A DNA stretch of 64,000 bases from contig OZ037766.1 of NCBI GenBank assembly GCA_964035545.1, forward strand, positions 14,250,722-14,314,721, written 5' to 3'. This stretch comes from Bugula neritina (taxonomy: Eukaryota; Animalia; Bryozoa). Both the position numbers and the translations under genes were made by a program. Shown in pieces: positions 1 to 13,996 of this stretch (position 1 is the first letter of the stretch; every line of letters begins with the position of its first letter). The notes below the pieces were generated by a model that was not told where the DNA came from, searched no databases, and saw nothing but the letters and a program-made list of their open reading frames with translations.

Positions 1-365
1 AATTAGAACCAGGACATAAATTTGTTGAATTAACACAAAACAGAAAAGGTGACAACAAGCCTATATATAGAAAGAACTTAGCTAGTAGAAAGACCAAGTA
101 TAGACAGAAGTCAGAACTTCTGACAAACAAAGTAAAAGATAAACAGCTGAGCCAATCAGGAACCAGAAAGAACAAAGCTGGAAAGTCTAGGTATTTCTAT
201 GTGTGCGTATGTTTAAATATAGTGGTGTTTGTGTATCCGCTAATTGTAAAATGCTTAATAATATGCAAGTACTAGAGCAAGGTCAAATATAGTGACAACT
301 GGTATTTCAAAAAGCTAGTCAGATTTAGCGATAAAACATTCTATTACCCTTGTAGAATATTTTAT

Positions 366-451
<86 letters not shown>

Positions 452-452
452 C

Positions 453-512
<60 letters not shown>

Positions 513-515
513 ATA

Positions 516-590
<75 letters not shown>

Positions 591-3500
591 TCATGCAGTT
601 GTAATTAAAGCAGTTCTTTATTCTTGCAGAAATTCTAAAGTGCTTCGTAAAGATACCTGCAGTGCCAAAAAGAAACAAGGTAGTGATAAAATCTATATAG
701 TTCTACCACTTAAAGCTCTATAGTCTATTTCTTACAATCAGTTACAGTTTGCATTGAATATTTTGTTTATGTATTTTCTAATGGTTTAAGTAGAGGGAGT
801 AATGAACATTGCCCCGCCTACCAAATCATGTTTCAGTACTCAAAGGGCAAAGAGTTTATAAGCCAAAATCTTCCAGCAGCTCGAAAGATGGACAAAACAT
901 TGAAGGGTGCTCTCAGGCCAAACCTAAAAGTTCTGAATCTAAAACTAAACCCGGTAAAAACTAATCCTAGTTTAGATATAGGTTAACTTACTAAAAATTT
1001 TATTGTGATTAGCAAAAAGTAAAAGCAATTTTTTAAAATTATTTTCATCTTTTGGCTATTTTCAAGTTTATTTGCATTTTCTTTTTTTCTCAAGGTGCTG
1101 CGGCTAGTAAGAAAACATCTCATGAGCCTAAAAGGTTAGTACTATCATAAAAAAGGCCAAATCTGTAAGAGATGATTTTCAACTGCACTACTTATGTATA
1201 CTATCCCATGGCATATTATATATTTTAATGAAACGGTTTATCCGCAGAGATCAAAGTGCGCCAAGCAAGCCAACTGAGGTAAAGGGCCGGCCGGATAAAA
1301 AGAAAAATGCTCCCAACACTACTACTCGTCCGAAAAATACCAACACTGAAGCCACATTGTCTGTAGCCAAAGGAACTCCTGTACTATCAAACAGTCAAAC
1401 TTCATCTAATTCCAGAAGTAATAAAACACTGGAAGCACCTCTTGCAAAATCTTTGCAGCAAAAACCAGTAGAATTATCAATAAAAAGTAGGTTTTCAATA
1501 GCTCATTCTTTTGTTTTTCTCTGTTTAGTTGGCTATCAATTTGCCAACAAACCAATAATTTTTTGTGTGAATTTTTAAAATGTCAAATTTGTCCCTAAAA
1601 TGGAACATTTTTAAGAAACTCTATAATTTTTTTATAAAGGTAACACACCATCTTGTAAAGAGCAAACTGACACTAAAAGTCAAGTGGAAGAAATGAAAAA
1701 AGCAGAAGAAGGGATAATTTCTCCTGTTATGCAATCCATAATTAAAGAAGACAACTCTGGTGAGTGCTCAATATTTCCTATAACCTCCTGTACTATTGTT
1801 TGACTTTTATATATGTGAGAGTAACAAGTAAACTTCTAAATAAGGCAATCTATAAATTAGCATTATTTGATTATTTCAATAGATAAAACTGCAGCTGCTA
1901 TGAAGAATGAAGAACTATCTGCTAAAAGTAAGTTACTTTCTACATTTTACATTACAGTTTGCTGAGTTTTATATTTGTGATTCAATGAGAAACCTAATTC
2001 ATGCTTAGACATTTCTTCAATGCATGGCTATACTTGTATCACATTCGTGGTAAAATTGAGATTAACCCGACAAGAGTGAACATGTAAAGTCAGTTTGATG
2101 TTTCATGAATAGTTGCTATAATGTTTCAGTATTTCTTACTAAACCAGTGTTTTACAGCAGACTGTCAGCTACCTGGAGATCCTAAACTAGCAAGTTTAGA
2201 AAATCTGTTTAGTGCAGATGACAAGAGTGAAAAAGCTGTTGCAGGTACAACTGGGGAAAGTTTCTTTAGAGCTACCAACTCACTTCTGCAAAAGCAGTCT
2301 TTATGAATAAAAAGATGAGTGAACCTAAATGTTTAAATAATTGGCCTGTAATGGCCAACATGTGCAAGTGTGCCATATATATTAAAAGGCAAAGTTTTAT
2401 TTTAAATTCAAAATAGAGAATAATTACGTATTAAAATTTTTTTGTGCTTTACAAAAATATAGGAAGTTAATTAACTGGTCAAAAGCAATTGCCCAAAGAA
2501 AGATTGATAATAATAATTACTTTATTGTAAAAAATATCAGCTTGTCATGTATTAAAAATTTACACTAGACTTTCTTCTGAGCATTCAATATCAGACACTG
2601 CAGGGTAGAAAGTCTCTTTTTTCAATGTCTTCATCTTGTTTTAGAACATATTTCGATAGCAAGCCATTTGCTGTTGTTGCTAAAACATTTTTATACCTCT
2701 TTATAAGAAAAACACTCGTGCTGATAAACGTTTTGATAATCTATATTCTGTCCCAACTGACCCAGCAGAGTTGATTACAAAGTATAGAGGGGGCTTTTTG
2801 ACACTGCTGTTGGTTGGTTGCCGTTGGTTACTATTTTGCACCGTGTGATGTGCTTTGCTTTGCCCATACTTTGATATTCATAAGACAGTGTAGTTGAGAT
2901 AGGGAATACAACTTTTACTTTTATAATTTAGTAATAGCTAAGTTATTTTTAGATTTAGATCCAGCTTTGGTGGCCAAAATTGAAGAACAAATTTATGAGA
3001 AGATAAAATTTTACAAAGATGTAAGTTTGCAAGTCTTTTATGTACCTGCAGATTTTCTGTGAATGTATTTTGTCTGCATTAGGGTTTGGCTTTAATTAAA
3101 TCATTTGGGCACTGGCTAAGTAAACAGAACATATATGTAGATGCATGCTTTTAACAATGTCAAATTACATTATAATGTATACCACAATGTATATTAGAAT
3201 ATCAATGTAAGGTTCAAAGTAAAGTAAGAGAAAAGACTTGGTTCATAAGAAAGAAAATGAATTTGAGGACTGAAGCTAATAACTACATTGGAAGGTTTGA
3301 AGGGGTATCACGTGGTACAAGTGGCATAAGCTATGTAGAGAAAATAAAGGTATGCAGACGTTGAAATTATAACTGATGTGGAGCCGTATCTGTGATAGTT
3401 ATAAACTGCTCAGCTCAGTTGTACCAATATTAATGGTAGTTTCTTAACATAAATAGTTATTTCAGGTATTACGACCTTCTCTTGTTTATCTTCAAAAAAA

Positions 3501-6500
3501 TTATCTGAAGATAAATTTTGAAAATTATATTGTGTAACATGAAGAATAGAGTTTGTAGCGAACCTATAAAATTTTGTTTATGTAATAGAAACACACAAAC
3601 TCACAATGTGTTATCCATATCCTGTGATTATGTAGCTAATAAGTTTAGCTTTATTATTGACTATACAAAGATCAGTACGTAGTTCTTTCAGTGACTTTGT
3701 TTAGGTAACTATTCGGAAGATCTCCCGGGAGTTGTCCAATTACGCAGCCCTGATGATTCCTTGGGAAAACAAGATTAAAAATATAGAAAGCTATTTTGGT
3801 TCAGTTGTGGCTTCTTACTTCACGTTTCTAAGATGGCTGTTTTGGATTAACTTTGTGATGGCACTTATATGTGGTGTGGTGATAATAATGCCTGAAGTGA
3901 TGTTTGGACCAGAAATGGGAACAGTGGACTATAAGTCTGTACCAGGTATTTGATTGGTAGATCACATTCATGTTGCATAATATTATAGACACCCAGTATT
4001 ACTTGCCTTTAGAAGTAAGTAAATGTCTAAGTGGAATGCCCATTTTGGGAAAGGATTGTATCAAGGCTAGGTATTTTTTATGCTTTACATCAACTAAAAT
4101 CTAGGCTGCTGTTTATTAAAAAATGCTTATTTACAGCACAGCTTTCAGTAATAGCGGATAATGTTGGTATTTGAAGTGGACAAACTGCTTTACTAGTTAA
4201 CCTGTTTGTATAACATAAACCATAAGAATCACAAAAGAATTATTTAGTCAAGATTTAATAGCAGAAAGCTCTAAAAGCATCAAGTGGAAACTGTTAAGTT
4301 AAGCTAGCTGTTTCACTGCATAGTCGGAATAGATGCTTTAATACTCATACTAATTTGGTAACAAAGTTTTTTGTAAATATTACATAGAAACTACCCGGGC
4401 TTCCACCAGCAACTAGAAATTACGTAAGTTTTATTTTTTGGCAAAATTTTTTGACATCGGTGACAAGCTAACATTTTTTTTGATTGGCAGAAAAAAGTGA
4501 TCAAAGCTTATAGATTTTTGTATAAAATTAGTTCTATCAATATTTATAGCATTTAAAGTGATTTGAACCTAAATGCTGAACAGAAATTTGAAAATACAGA
4601 CTAAATAATAATTTGTGTATCTGCACCAAATAGAATTAGTATCCATGCTGATAGGTGGGATTTCTAAAATGGTGCAAAGACGCAAGGGGCTAGCTCATCT
4701 ATAGTTCTAAATTCCTATAGAAAAAAGCATAAATGAACTCAGTTGTAGCACAATGCATAATATGTTGTCAAGGTTTGACAACTTCTAACATTGGTGGCAA
4801 AATTGATAATTATTGAGTCAGAGCTGCTACCATTTATGTACACAGCAAAACTAGAAATCTCTCACCATTAAAACCTGTAGACAGCTGGGCAAATGTTATA
4901 ACATCTTATGAACCACCTTGGTTGTATGTTACAATAAGTTGCTGTTGATGAAAATTGAAGCATGTTTTAATCAAACTCATCACAAACACTGCTTTTGGTC
5001 CGTCTAATTATTAACAATAACTGATGTTTTATTAGTTAACAGCACTGAGACTGCGAGCTATCTAAAAACCTTGTGGAACTTCAATGGCTATGCCCAAGTA
5101 TCTCCCATCTTCTATGGGTACTACTCTAACATCAAGAAGTATTCTTCTGGATATAGAATGCCCTTTGCCTACTTGCTTGGGAATTTAATGATGTTTGGCT
5201 ACAGCTTCATCACCATTCTCAAGCAAATGGCTGCCAATTCAAAAAATGAGAAAGCAACAGACAAGGATGACAACTTCACATTTTCTTGGAAAGCTTTTGT
5301 TAGTTGGGATTACACTATTGGCAATGAGGAAACTGCAAAGAATAAGTACAAAGCTCTGGTAATTGCAATCAGAGAAAGTATTACAGAGAGCAAGGAAAGT
5401 GCTAAGAAGATTAGCAAGAAGACAAAGTTCCTCAGGGTAGTGGCTAATGTCATGGTACTTATGGTTCTGGCAGCCAGCACCTACGCCATCTACCTCACTG
5501 TCAACAGATCCAGAAAATTCCAGACTAAGTTAAAGAAATTTGGACCCAACTCTGTTTCCTGGATGGAATCTAATGAAGTGTCCATAGTAATGTCACTCGT
5601 AACTGCCTTCTGCCCAATGCTGTTTGATATAATCGCCAAACTAGAAGACTACCACCCTCGAGTTGCACTTCAATGGTCTCTCAGAAGAATTATGATCTTG
5701 TATCTTCTCAATCTGTACACTCTCTACATTGCTCTCTACTGGAAAATTCAAGATATCGAGAAAGATGCAGAGCAAGCTAACAGAACATTCTATAGTAATT
5801 TAAACCTCACTGTCAGAGAGCCATGTGTAGCTACTGTTTCACTACCAAATGCAACTGATGGTGCTTTGTCAACATTGCCTGAAACTCCAAAGTTAATTAG
5901 CAACCAGTCTTCAACTTTATGTAGAATCCCCAAGTTTGTGCCTGAATCTACTTGTTGGGAAACTATGGTTGGACAAGAGCTGATCAAGCTGACAGTGTTT
6001 GACTTTGTCACGACTGTTAGTCTGATTTACATCACAGAATTCTTTAGAGCTGCCATGATCAAAGTCTGCAATGTTTGCTGGTGCTGGGATCTAGAGATCT
6101 ATTTTCCCGGCTACGCTGAGTTCTCATTGGCTGACAATCTATTACATCTGGTCTATAACCAAGGAATGATTTGGATGGGTACACTTTTCTGCCCTGGTTT
6201 GCCAGCTTTGAATTTATTCAAACTTCTATGCTTATTCTATGTGAGAGCTTGGGCAGTTATGGTATGCAATGTGCCACATGAAAGAATCTTCAAAGCTGGG
6301 AGTGATAACTTCTACCTAATGTTGCTGCTTTTCATGCTGTATGTGGTGATGATACCAATAGCATTTGCAATGGTATCTATCAGACCTTCAAGGCATTGCG
6401 GACCTTATCGTGATACTGAATTCATGTATTTAATCATTACAGAATGGGTGAAAGACATTTTCAATGACACTTTATTTTCAATATTTCGATATTTGACATC

Positions 6501-6855
6501 ACCAGGTGCCTTAATACCAATTTTTATTCTGCTACTGCTCTGTATTTACTATCTTTCTTCTACCAATGATGCGCTACGTGGTACAGTGTTAGATCTGAAG
6601 AAACAACTCCAATATGAGAGAACCGAAGGAAAGAAAAGAGTATTTAATATGAACAAAACGGCTGAAGCTGTAGCTGTCATCTCGCAAGAACCAAACACTA
6701 CTTTGGAAACAACAGATGACCAGAAGAATTCTAATATTTCAGTAACCAGTGCAATGCTTGTTAATAGGTTTATATCAAACACTCGAAATAGTATTAAGAG
6801 AAGAAATAACAGCACAAATGCTGAAATGGCACACAATATCAACAATGAGATATAA
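1..6855 (+). CDS. TMC: Transmembrane channel-like protein (TMC1/2/3 subfamily), 5'-incomplete, spliced
   Basis: Phase-consistent GT-AG exons: 1-190, 630-679, 837-953, 1095-1134, 1248-1486, 1640-1759, 1883-1927, 2158-2244, 2953-3020, 3212-3349, 3705-3945, 5036-6855 (TAA). TMC motifs: [97 protein letters not shown]. Core from 2953 is secure; attaching the K/S-rich exons 1-2244 rests on phase only. Confidence 0.93.
370..590. repeat. (TA)n microsatellite with a few TG/CA interruptions
   Basis: Visible dinucleotide run in a TMC intron; source of the YIYIYI ORFs. Confidence 0.99.
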
Positions 6856-7475
6856 TGTTCATTTTACTATAAGTTAATTTATCGAAACACTACATTAAAC
6901 ATGGCTTAGCTTTTCGGGAAACCACCCATGCACTTGAGCATCTTCTTTCATATATTCACATGCTGTGATAGTAAAGCTTCATTACCATTATTTTTACTGA
7001 TAATTATAATTGGCATAATGATGTTTCAGCAAATAGTTCTTTCTGATGAGAATATAGACTATATTAAGCACAAGACCACAATTTTTTTTGCACTTCTGTA
7101 ATTTAATATTAGCTAATTATGCTTGAAATATTAATTTATGTTTAAATAGAAAAATATATTGTACATGTAGACTGTTGTGTACTAAATGGTTGGGTATAAA
7201 AGTATAAACTGATGAGCTATATTATAAAAATATATCAATATGTTAAAAAATGGTTTGTCTTTAGTAGCACAAAAATAGTTGAGGCGCTCACATAACGTAT
7301 TTTATATCTATATATTATATGAATAATATACCGAATAGGACAAAGCGGAGATAGGTGAGAAAAAAAATGAATAAAAAAATAATTGTAATATTAATATAAT
7401 GTTATATTGCTTTAGTGAATGCTTCAAGTATAGGCACACTGTTAATGTGTTGCACTAGACGGTGTGTTAAGCTAG

Positions 7476-10400
7476 TTACGTTAGAGTTTCGATGATGGAT
7501 AACTCAACCGGTATTCTACAGATAGGGCAACATCTCTTTCTCCTTTCTTCTAGCCACATCTTTGCACACTGTAGAATATCATACAATAACTTGTCACATA
7601 TATACATTTTTTTATAATTAGTCTTCAATATATTATAATTCAAAAACATTGTATGAAAGAAATATAATGAATAGTAATTACCTTCACATGAAACAAGTGT
7701 CCACATGGCAGCTCTATATTTTTAGAAGCATTTAACTCGTCTAAGCATATGCTGCATTCTCCCAACTACAACAGAATTACAGAGTAAATTACATATGACA
7801 CTTATATTTCTATCTACTTTAGATCTATATATTGAAGCCAATACAGTCGAGCTCACCTCATCACTGCTCAAGTTTTCTTTACAAGCTTTCGCACGCTTTT
7901 TCCCTTTTTTACCCTTCCTTTTCTTTGATGAGACAGTTGACCACTCTGAGTCCCTCTTGTCAAGCTGCTGGGAAGGAAGCTGCTGGGAAGAAAGCTGCTG
8001 GGAAGAAAGCTGCTGAGGTGCAGTGTGCTTAGTTTTAGTTTGCTTTTGTTGACTTCTCAGCCTATCAGCCGCCTTGTCATCTTCACAGTTAATTTCCTTT
8101 GTAGGATTATTAACAGCAAATAAATCTGCCCCACATTTTGCCTGTGCAACAGCTGTGGAATCATTTGCACTGCCACTGTGCACCTTATCTTTTATTCCCA
8201 GAGGTTGAATGTTTTTCTTCTTGCTTGTTTCATCTGTAAAATTCTTGGTGGTAAATTATACATTCTGAGTCAAAATATTTTGCAGAATAGACAAAAACTT
8301 GATCAACTTAAAAAAAATTACAGCATGAATAAGATTTAAAACAATTAAATTTCCATATCTTTTATTTATAAAAATTTATTTGTGAATTTATATATTAAGC
8401 AAGAATTATCAAACAGCTACATTCAATTTTTGAAAAGTGCAATTTTAAATAATGTTTGTTAATGTTCTATGCTCAATAAGGCTTGTTCACTTAATACTAC
8501 ACTTATGATAGCTCATAATTACAGTATATAGGCTCACATTGAAATAATTCATAGAAAGACACAGCGTAGTAATAATATTGAGAGTAGGTTTCCGGTAAAA
8601 ATAGCACAGATAAAAATGGCACAAGTAAAAATGGCACAGGTAATAATGACCCAGATGGAAAAGTAGTTAATAATGACAAATTTCCAATATTGGGGTTTAA
8701 GGTCACAGGTTGGGTGTTTGGGATTGGGGTTTGAGTTTGGGAAAATTTTGCATCCTAGTGTACCATTTCTACTTACTTTTTCATTTGTGCTATTATTACC
8801 TGTGCCATTTCTATCTAAAATCGAGAGAGTGTGCAACCACCATACCTTTAGCTAATGTTTCCTTAACGTCTCTTGTCCACAGAAAAGTCAGATCACTTGG
8901 TGAATTTTGCTTTCCTTTAGAAACACTATCCAGTACAGAAACTGACTCTTTTGACACTGTAAGTACAAACACATGAGATAGGCCTACTATTCATAATGCA
9001 ATTTATAATAGCATACATTTTAAACTCTACTAAAGTTCTGAGAATAAAAACTAGTGAAATAGAGAGCGTATACCTGTAGCTGAAGTGCTACCTCTGCTGC
9101 TACACTCTCCACTCCAACCAAAGGTGAAATCTAAAGGTAGAGCTTGACTTTTCTTGAGAGAATTATCCAGGAAGGATACCGGGTCTTTTGGTGCTGCTTT
9201 AGTATATATTGTATTAAGTAAGGTATAGCACGTGTAATATAAACTACAGCATGTGTAATATAAAATATACGAGTAGCTTGTGTAATATAGAAAAAGTATT
9301 TTTATAACTATTCTTTAAGAAGCACCATCCATGACATGTAATAGATTTAGCTCATCTATTACTCATTGTTTCAACTAAGATACTTACTGTTCGGCTGTTT
9401 TGAAGTAGTTGCAGAGTTGCTTGACTGGGTTGCAGAGGGTGATGATTGTTCTTGTCTAGCTGGTTGCAACACTAAAGTTGACCTCAGCTTAGTGTTGAGA
9501 CTTTCACATCTAGGTGGGAGCTCTGCATTTGCTGCATGTTCAACCTTAGAGTTTATACTCCTAGTATTGGTTTGAGGGGGCACGAGCTCTGGAAAATCTT
9601 GCTGATGACTGTGACTTTGTGGAAATGCTAACTTAGGCTTAATATTCTCCATTTCAACATACTTCTTTTGTGTTCCAAAACGCTTATCCATGACGTCTCT
9701 TTGATTTGTAGCCTTACTTAAAGAGGTGGCTGCTTCCTGCACTTGCTGGGAGATATAGCTGCTATTTGTATTAGATGAGTGATTTGGCTCCACTTTATTT
9801 AGATTGTTTTGCTGAATATTGGATTGTGTGCAGCTGTTTTGAGCAACAAAATTAGCGAATTCACTCTGTAAAGATACCTGTGAGGGGGAATATGCAGAGT
9901 AACTGGCAACATTGTTGTGAACGACGCCATATCTTTGTAAAGCTGGTGCATTATACTGGTGCTGATAAAGTGGTTGATACTGATAGGGTGAGTAATATAA
10001 GGGCTGCTGATAATTGCCACTATAAACAGCATTTAAATAATGATCAGGGTAGGGTGACAAAGAGGGCTGTAGATTCGACCCTTGACTCTTTGTGGAGTGT
10101 AATTGCTGAGGCTTTACTTGCTGCAACTCAGGCAGTTCAGAAGTAAATCTTCTTCTACCTCTAGCAAGGTATTCATAATATTCCTGGTTCAGTTGCTGTT
10201 CCAATGAGTTTGCACGAAGTTCATTTTTATTTGCGTTTAGATTAGATGTGATGCTGTTACCAAGACCATATGGCAATGCTTGAGGAGTATGTGAAGAATT
10301 TTCATCCTCTTGTACTTTTCTCTGCACTTCATTTTGACTAGGTCTACCTGCAATATCCACCAGCATCTGACTCCCAGCAGGAGAAACTATCTTTTCTGCT

Positions 10401-12626
10401 CGAACATCTGAATATCTGTCGGAGAGCGCTGCACTTATGAGATCATTTTTAGAACTAGGAAGTTGATATACAGCGCTATCTTGCTTCTTGGTGTCCCAAT
10501 GTTTCATTTGTGTATGCAAAATATCTTTTGCTTTTACATTATTTATACCTTCTGCATTAAGAGATTCCTCTGGGCCCACACTAGCTTTTGCTGTGCCTTT
10601 CAATGCTTGTTTAGTTTTGGAAATACCTGGTAAAGAGTCAGGGCAAGCTTCTAGCACGTTTTTATCAACTACTTCTGGGAGAGTTGAGGTTTTTAAAAAG
10701 TCAGAACTTGGCAAACATGATTGTCTAGTGGGATTAGAGCAGCTTTTCGTTGAATCAGTTTGAGTTGCTGCGGATACTTTCTTCCTATGAGATGAGAAGA
10801 CGGCTGCTCCAGTAGTACAGACACAGCCTTCCAGATGAGATGTTTGTGTAGAGCAGTCTACAAGAACGAGTTCTTTAACGCTGCTGGAGTGTTTACTGGT
10901 TGAATCAGCATCTAAAATAGCAAGTTCAAAATGCATATTATAGTTCTCATTGCATTAAAACTAAGCTTAGAAAAAAATACAGTATATTTGCAGTGGAGTC
11001 AAAATAGAGCTTGTAAAATTGGTACCAATAGAGAAAAAATAGCTATAGTTTATAGTATACAAATATCTTATTCTAATTCTGCCTATACACAAATACAACA
11101 ACTTGATTATAGCCAATTTATAAAGGTATGTATGTCAATAGTTTTCTTAATAAAGTACTATTGCAGTATTATTCACAGACAACAACATGTCCAATCAATA
11201 TAGAACATCTGACCCACAGAACCTTCTTTCACAAATATAACAAAGTCAATGTAGAACGGCGATCATGTAAAGTAGTTACAACTAAATAGGATATACAACA
11301 GTCTGCATATCAACCTTGATCTAGAGTTGTACCATCAAGTTTAGTGGTGGCCGTTGCAAGTCCCCCATAACAAGTTATAAAACTGCTGACGTCATCAAGG
11401 CTAACATCTGGGTCAATCAGTGGAAGATTCTCTATAGGTTCTCCTTTTCTTAGTCTTACTATGTTATCTTTAAACAACATCTAAAATATTCAGTCATACA
11501 CAATGTAGAATGTATTATATAATACCTATCTTATCTAAAGTTTTCGAATATATAGATGTAGATGGTAGTACTATTTAACATGGGATAAAAGCAATAAAAA
11601 TGTCAATAATGCAAAAATATCTATTATATAGAAATTGAGATAGCTTGAAAATATATCATATCATTTCAATATAATTACAGAACACTAATAACATAACATT
11701 ATTCTAAAAATTTTAAAAAATGCAATGCTAATTCATCCATAAGATTACCTTCAACTCTGAGAGCTCCCGAGAAGTTTCATTGGAAATTAGGTCTAATGTT
11801 TCTTGTACTGTTTCCCCTATTGAAGCTAGTAACTTCTTTTGTCCTTCACTTTTGTAAGCAGTCATATCTAGTTCATGAATATCAATTTTGCCAATTTTAT
11901 CCTGATTTTGTCTGATTATTTTCTTACTTCGTCTTTCCGTCATCGCCGCTTGAAAATATGTCTGCGAATATAAAATGCCAGATATTACAAGTATTTTAAC
12001 AGGCATGCTTAAAATATCATATGCCTGGTTCTTTAATAGAGCTAGTTTTGGTTATCCTTGATCAAATTTTGAGTTGGTTAACAGTATTTTCAGTTTGAAG
12101 TTGATCATTGAGAATTAAGTTTTTTTTAGCATTTGTACATTTGCAATTGCCATTTCCTCCAAAGTATAATTGAACAACGTTGGCATAGCTTTACAGAAAT
12201 TAAAATATGTTTGGTCCTATTATCTGTATATATTATATGTTTGGTCCTATTATCTGTATATATTATATGTTTGGTCCTATTATATGCATATATTATATGT
12301 TTGGTCCTATTATATGCATATATTATATGTTTGGTCCTATTATCTGTATATATTATATGTTTGGTCCTATTTATAAAAAGTTGTATGCATCTTTATCTAG
12401 AAAACTGCTGAAGCAAACTTAGTTCTGGTCATCAAAATGATAAGTTAAAAACAAAAGTCATTAGGATGTAATGTCTCATGACAGACACACTCACCCATGC
12501 CCTCACTAGCTCTGCCCTGCTAACAAGATCTAGTGATTTGGTGTGAGGTAGCTCAAGGTTCTGAGTTACATGTACATCAGTTTCTTGTAAAGTCGGGAAG
12601 GCTGTCTGCTTCTGAAGATGTAGCAT
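7476..12626 (-). CDS. Paralogue A: RING-H2 E3 ligase-like protein with TTC3/DZIP3-like N-terminal helical region, no CCCH fingers (~940 aa)
   Basis: Exons (-): 12626-12495, 11961-11749, 11480-11315, 10911-9388, 9196-9074, 8956-8846, 8233-7857, 7765-7682, 7568-7476; all GT-AG and in phase. RING-H2 over the last two exons: ECSICLDELNASKNIELPCGHLFHVK|CAKMWLEERRKRCCPICR. Exon 3 FKDNIVRLRKGEPIENLPLIDP aligns with exon 3 of B and C. Confidence 0.85.
8587..8820. mobile_element. Small MITE-like element with inverted subterminal GTAAAAATGGCACA repeats
   Basis: Left end has tandem (g)taaaaatggcaca units, right end has inverted tgtgccattt/tgtgctatt units, with a G/T-rich centre. Intronic in paralogue A. 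TSD not resolved. Confidence 0.5.
12206..12371. repeat. 30-bp minisatellite (~5.5 copies)
   Basis: Unit tatgtttggtcctattat(c/a)tg(t/c)atatatta repeated in an intron of paralogue A. Confidence 0.97.
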
Positions 12627-13996
12627 TTTGCCAACATATGAGATTCCTTGCAGCACTTTAACTAAAGAAAAATTCACCATCATGCAATTCTCCACAAAGC
12701 ATACTAGTATGCAAGAAGGTGCAAAATGATCAGTATTTACCAAAGTAAAAAGCAAGCCACAATTTTAATACCAATTTTGATTATATTGTTTTATTTTTAC
12801 CAAAGTTAACTTTTGTAACCATAGTAAACGAATTGTGTATACAAATAATACCACCTGAATATTTTCCTTGCACTATAAACTATTTTTTGATTGCTATCAT
12901 TTTTCTGTGTACCATTTTAGTGAGCCTATGTAATACAACTTTGCTTCACCTCTGTATCTGCACTCTAGCTTATCCTATCACATTATTTATCTCACATCAT
13001 AATATTATCTTATCACATTGCATCTAACTTGTAATAATAAGCTAGCTTTATAACATCAGAGATATTCTCATTTGACATTCATAGCCTTTAGATAAATGAG
13101 TTTCATTGAAACCTGCAACACTCATTTCCCAAAATTAAATCCATAGATCGGTTTGACCTCTGCTATAATGTCTCATTGTTTTGTTAGAAAGTCGGATGTA
13201 AAAATGCTGGTTAATAACTAACTAATCAAATTAAAACACTGCATGGGGATATAGTATTTGAACTTGGGAATGCACTATATGGCATATTTTAAACATTAAA
13301 TAAATATTTTTGTGTTGAAAACCCGACAAATTTATTGAAGAGTTAAACTCAACAAAGTGCAATGTTATATAGAGCTGTTTATACCTCTATTGAAAAAAGT
13401 AATGAGTTTCAGTTAATAACACTGTGTGAGTAGACCTTTATAGCTTTAAACGTAGTGAATCGGTAAAGTTGACAGCATAAGTCATAATTAAATACAGATA
13501 TTTACAGTTATTACTCCTTTTGATTATTATTTTAAACTTAGTGATTAAGTTATCACAGTATAAACAATTTTAACGAGTGGCTTTTACAATGCAATGCAAA
13601 CTCGGTGAAATTTCAACTTGGCCAAATTGAATTTCTGACTGAAAATCGTGAAGGTATAAACGCAACTTTCCTCTGCGGATAGGCACAACACTGTGAGTGT
13701 GTCACTTAAAACAGCTAATTTATATCATAACAAAGTAGCCATAAGTGTTAAGGATGATTAAGTAAAAAGGTGTAACTCATAAACAGAAGTTGAGTGGACA
13801 ATGCATTTAGCCACTGAAATGCATAAGCACTAAGTGACTATAAAAAGTGCAACTAGCAGCGCAAAGAAATCTAGCTAGCCAAAATGGTACACAGGACAAA
13901 AAATGCTAGGCCTTTAAAGAGATTTCAGTACACAACACATTCTTAAATTACAACTTTAAAGAAACTTACTCTTACTACTTGAAACAAAGGATCTGG

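Noticed and set aside
325-723. ORFs of YIYIYI repeats
   Set aside because: Translations of a TA microsatellite; only 630-679 is a plausible exon.
5790-10763. Antisense ORFs over TMC and paralogue A exons
   Set aside because: Shadow frames of real coding exons with no independent support.
12133-12422. Three overlapping repetitive ORFs
   Set aside because: Artefacts of the 30-bp minisatellite.
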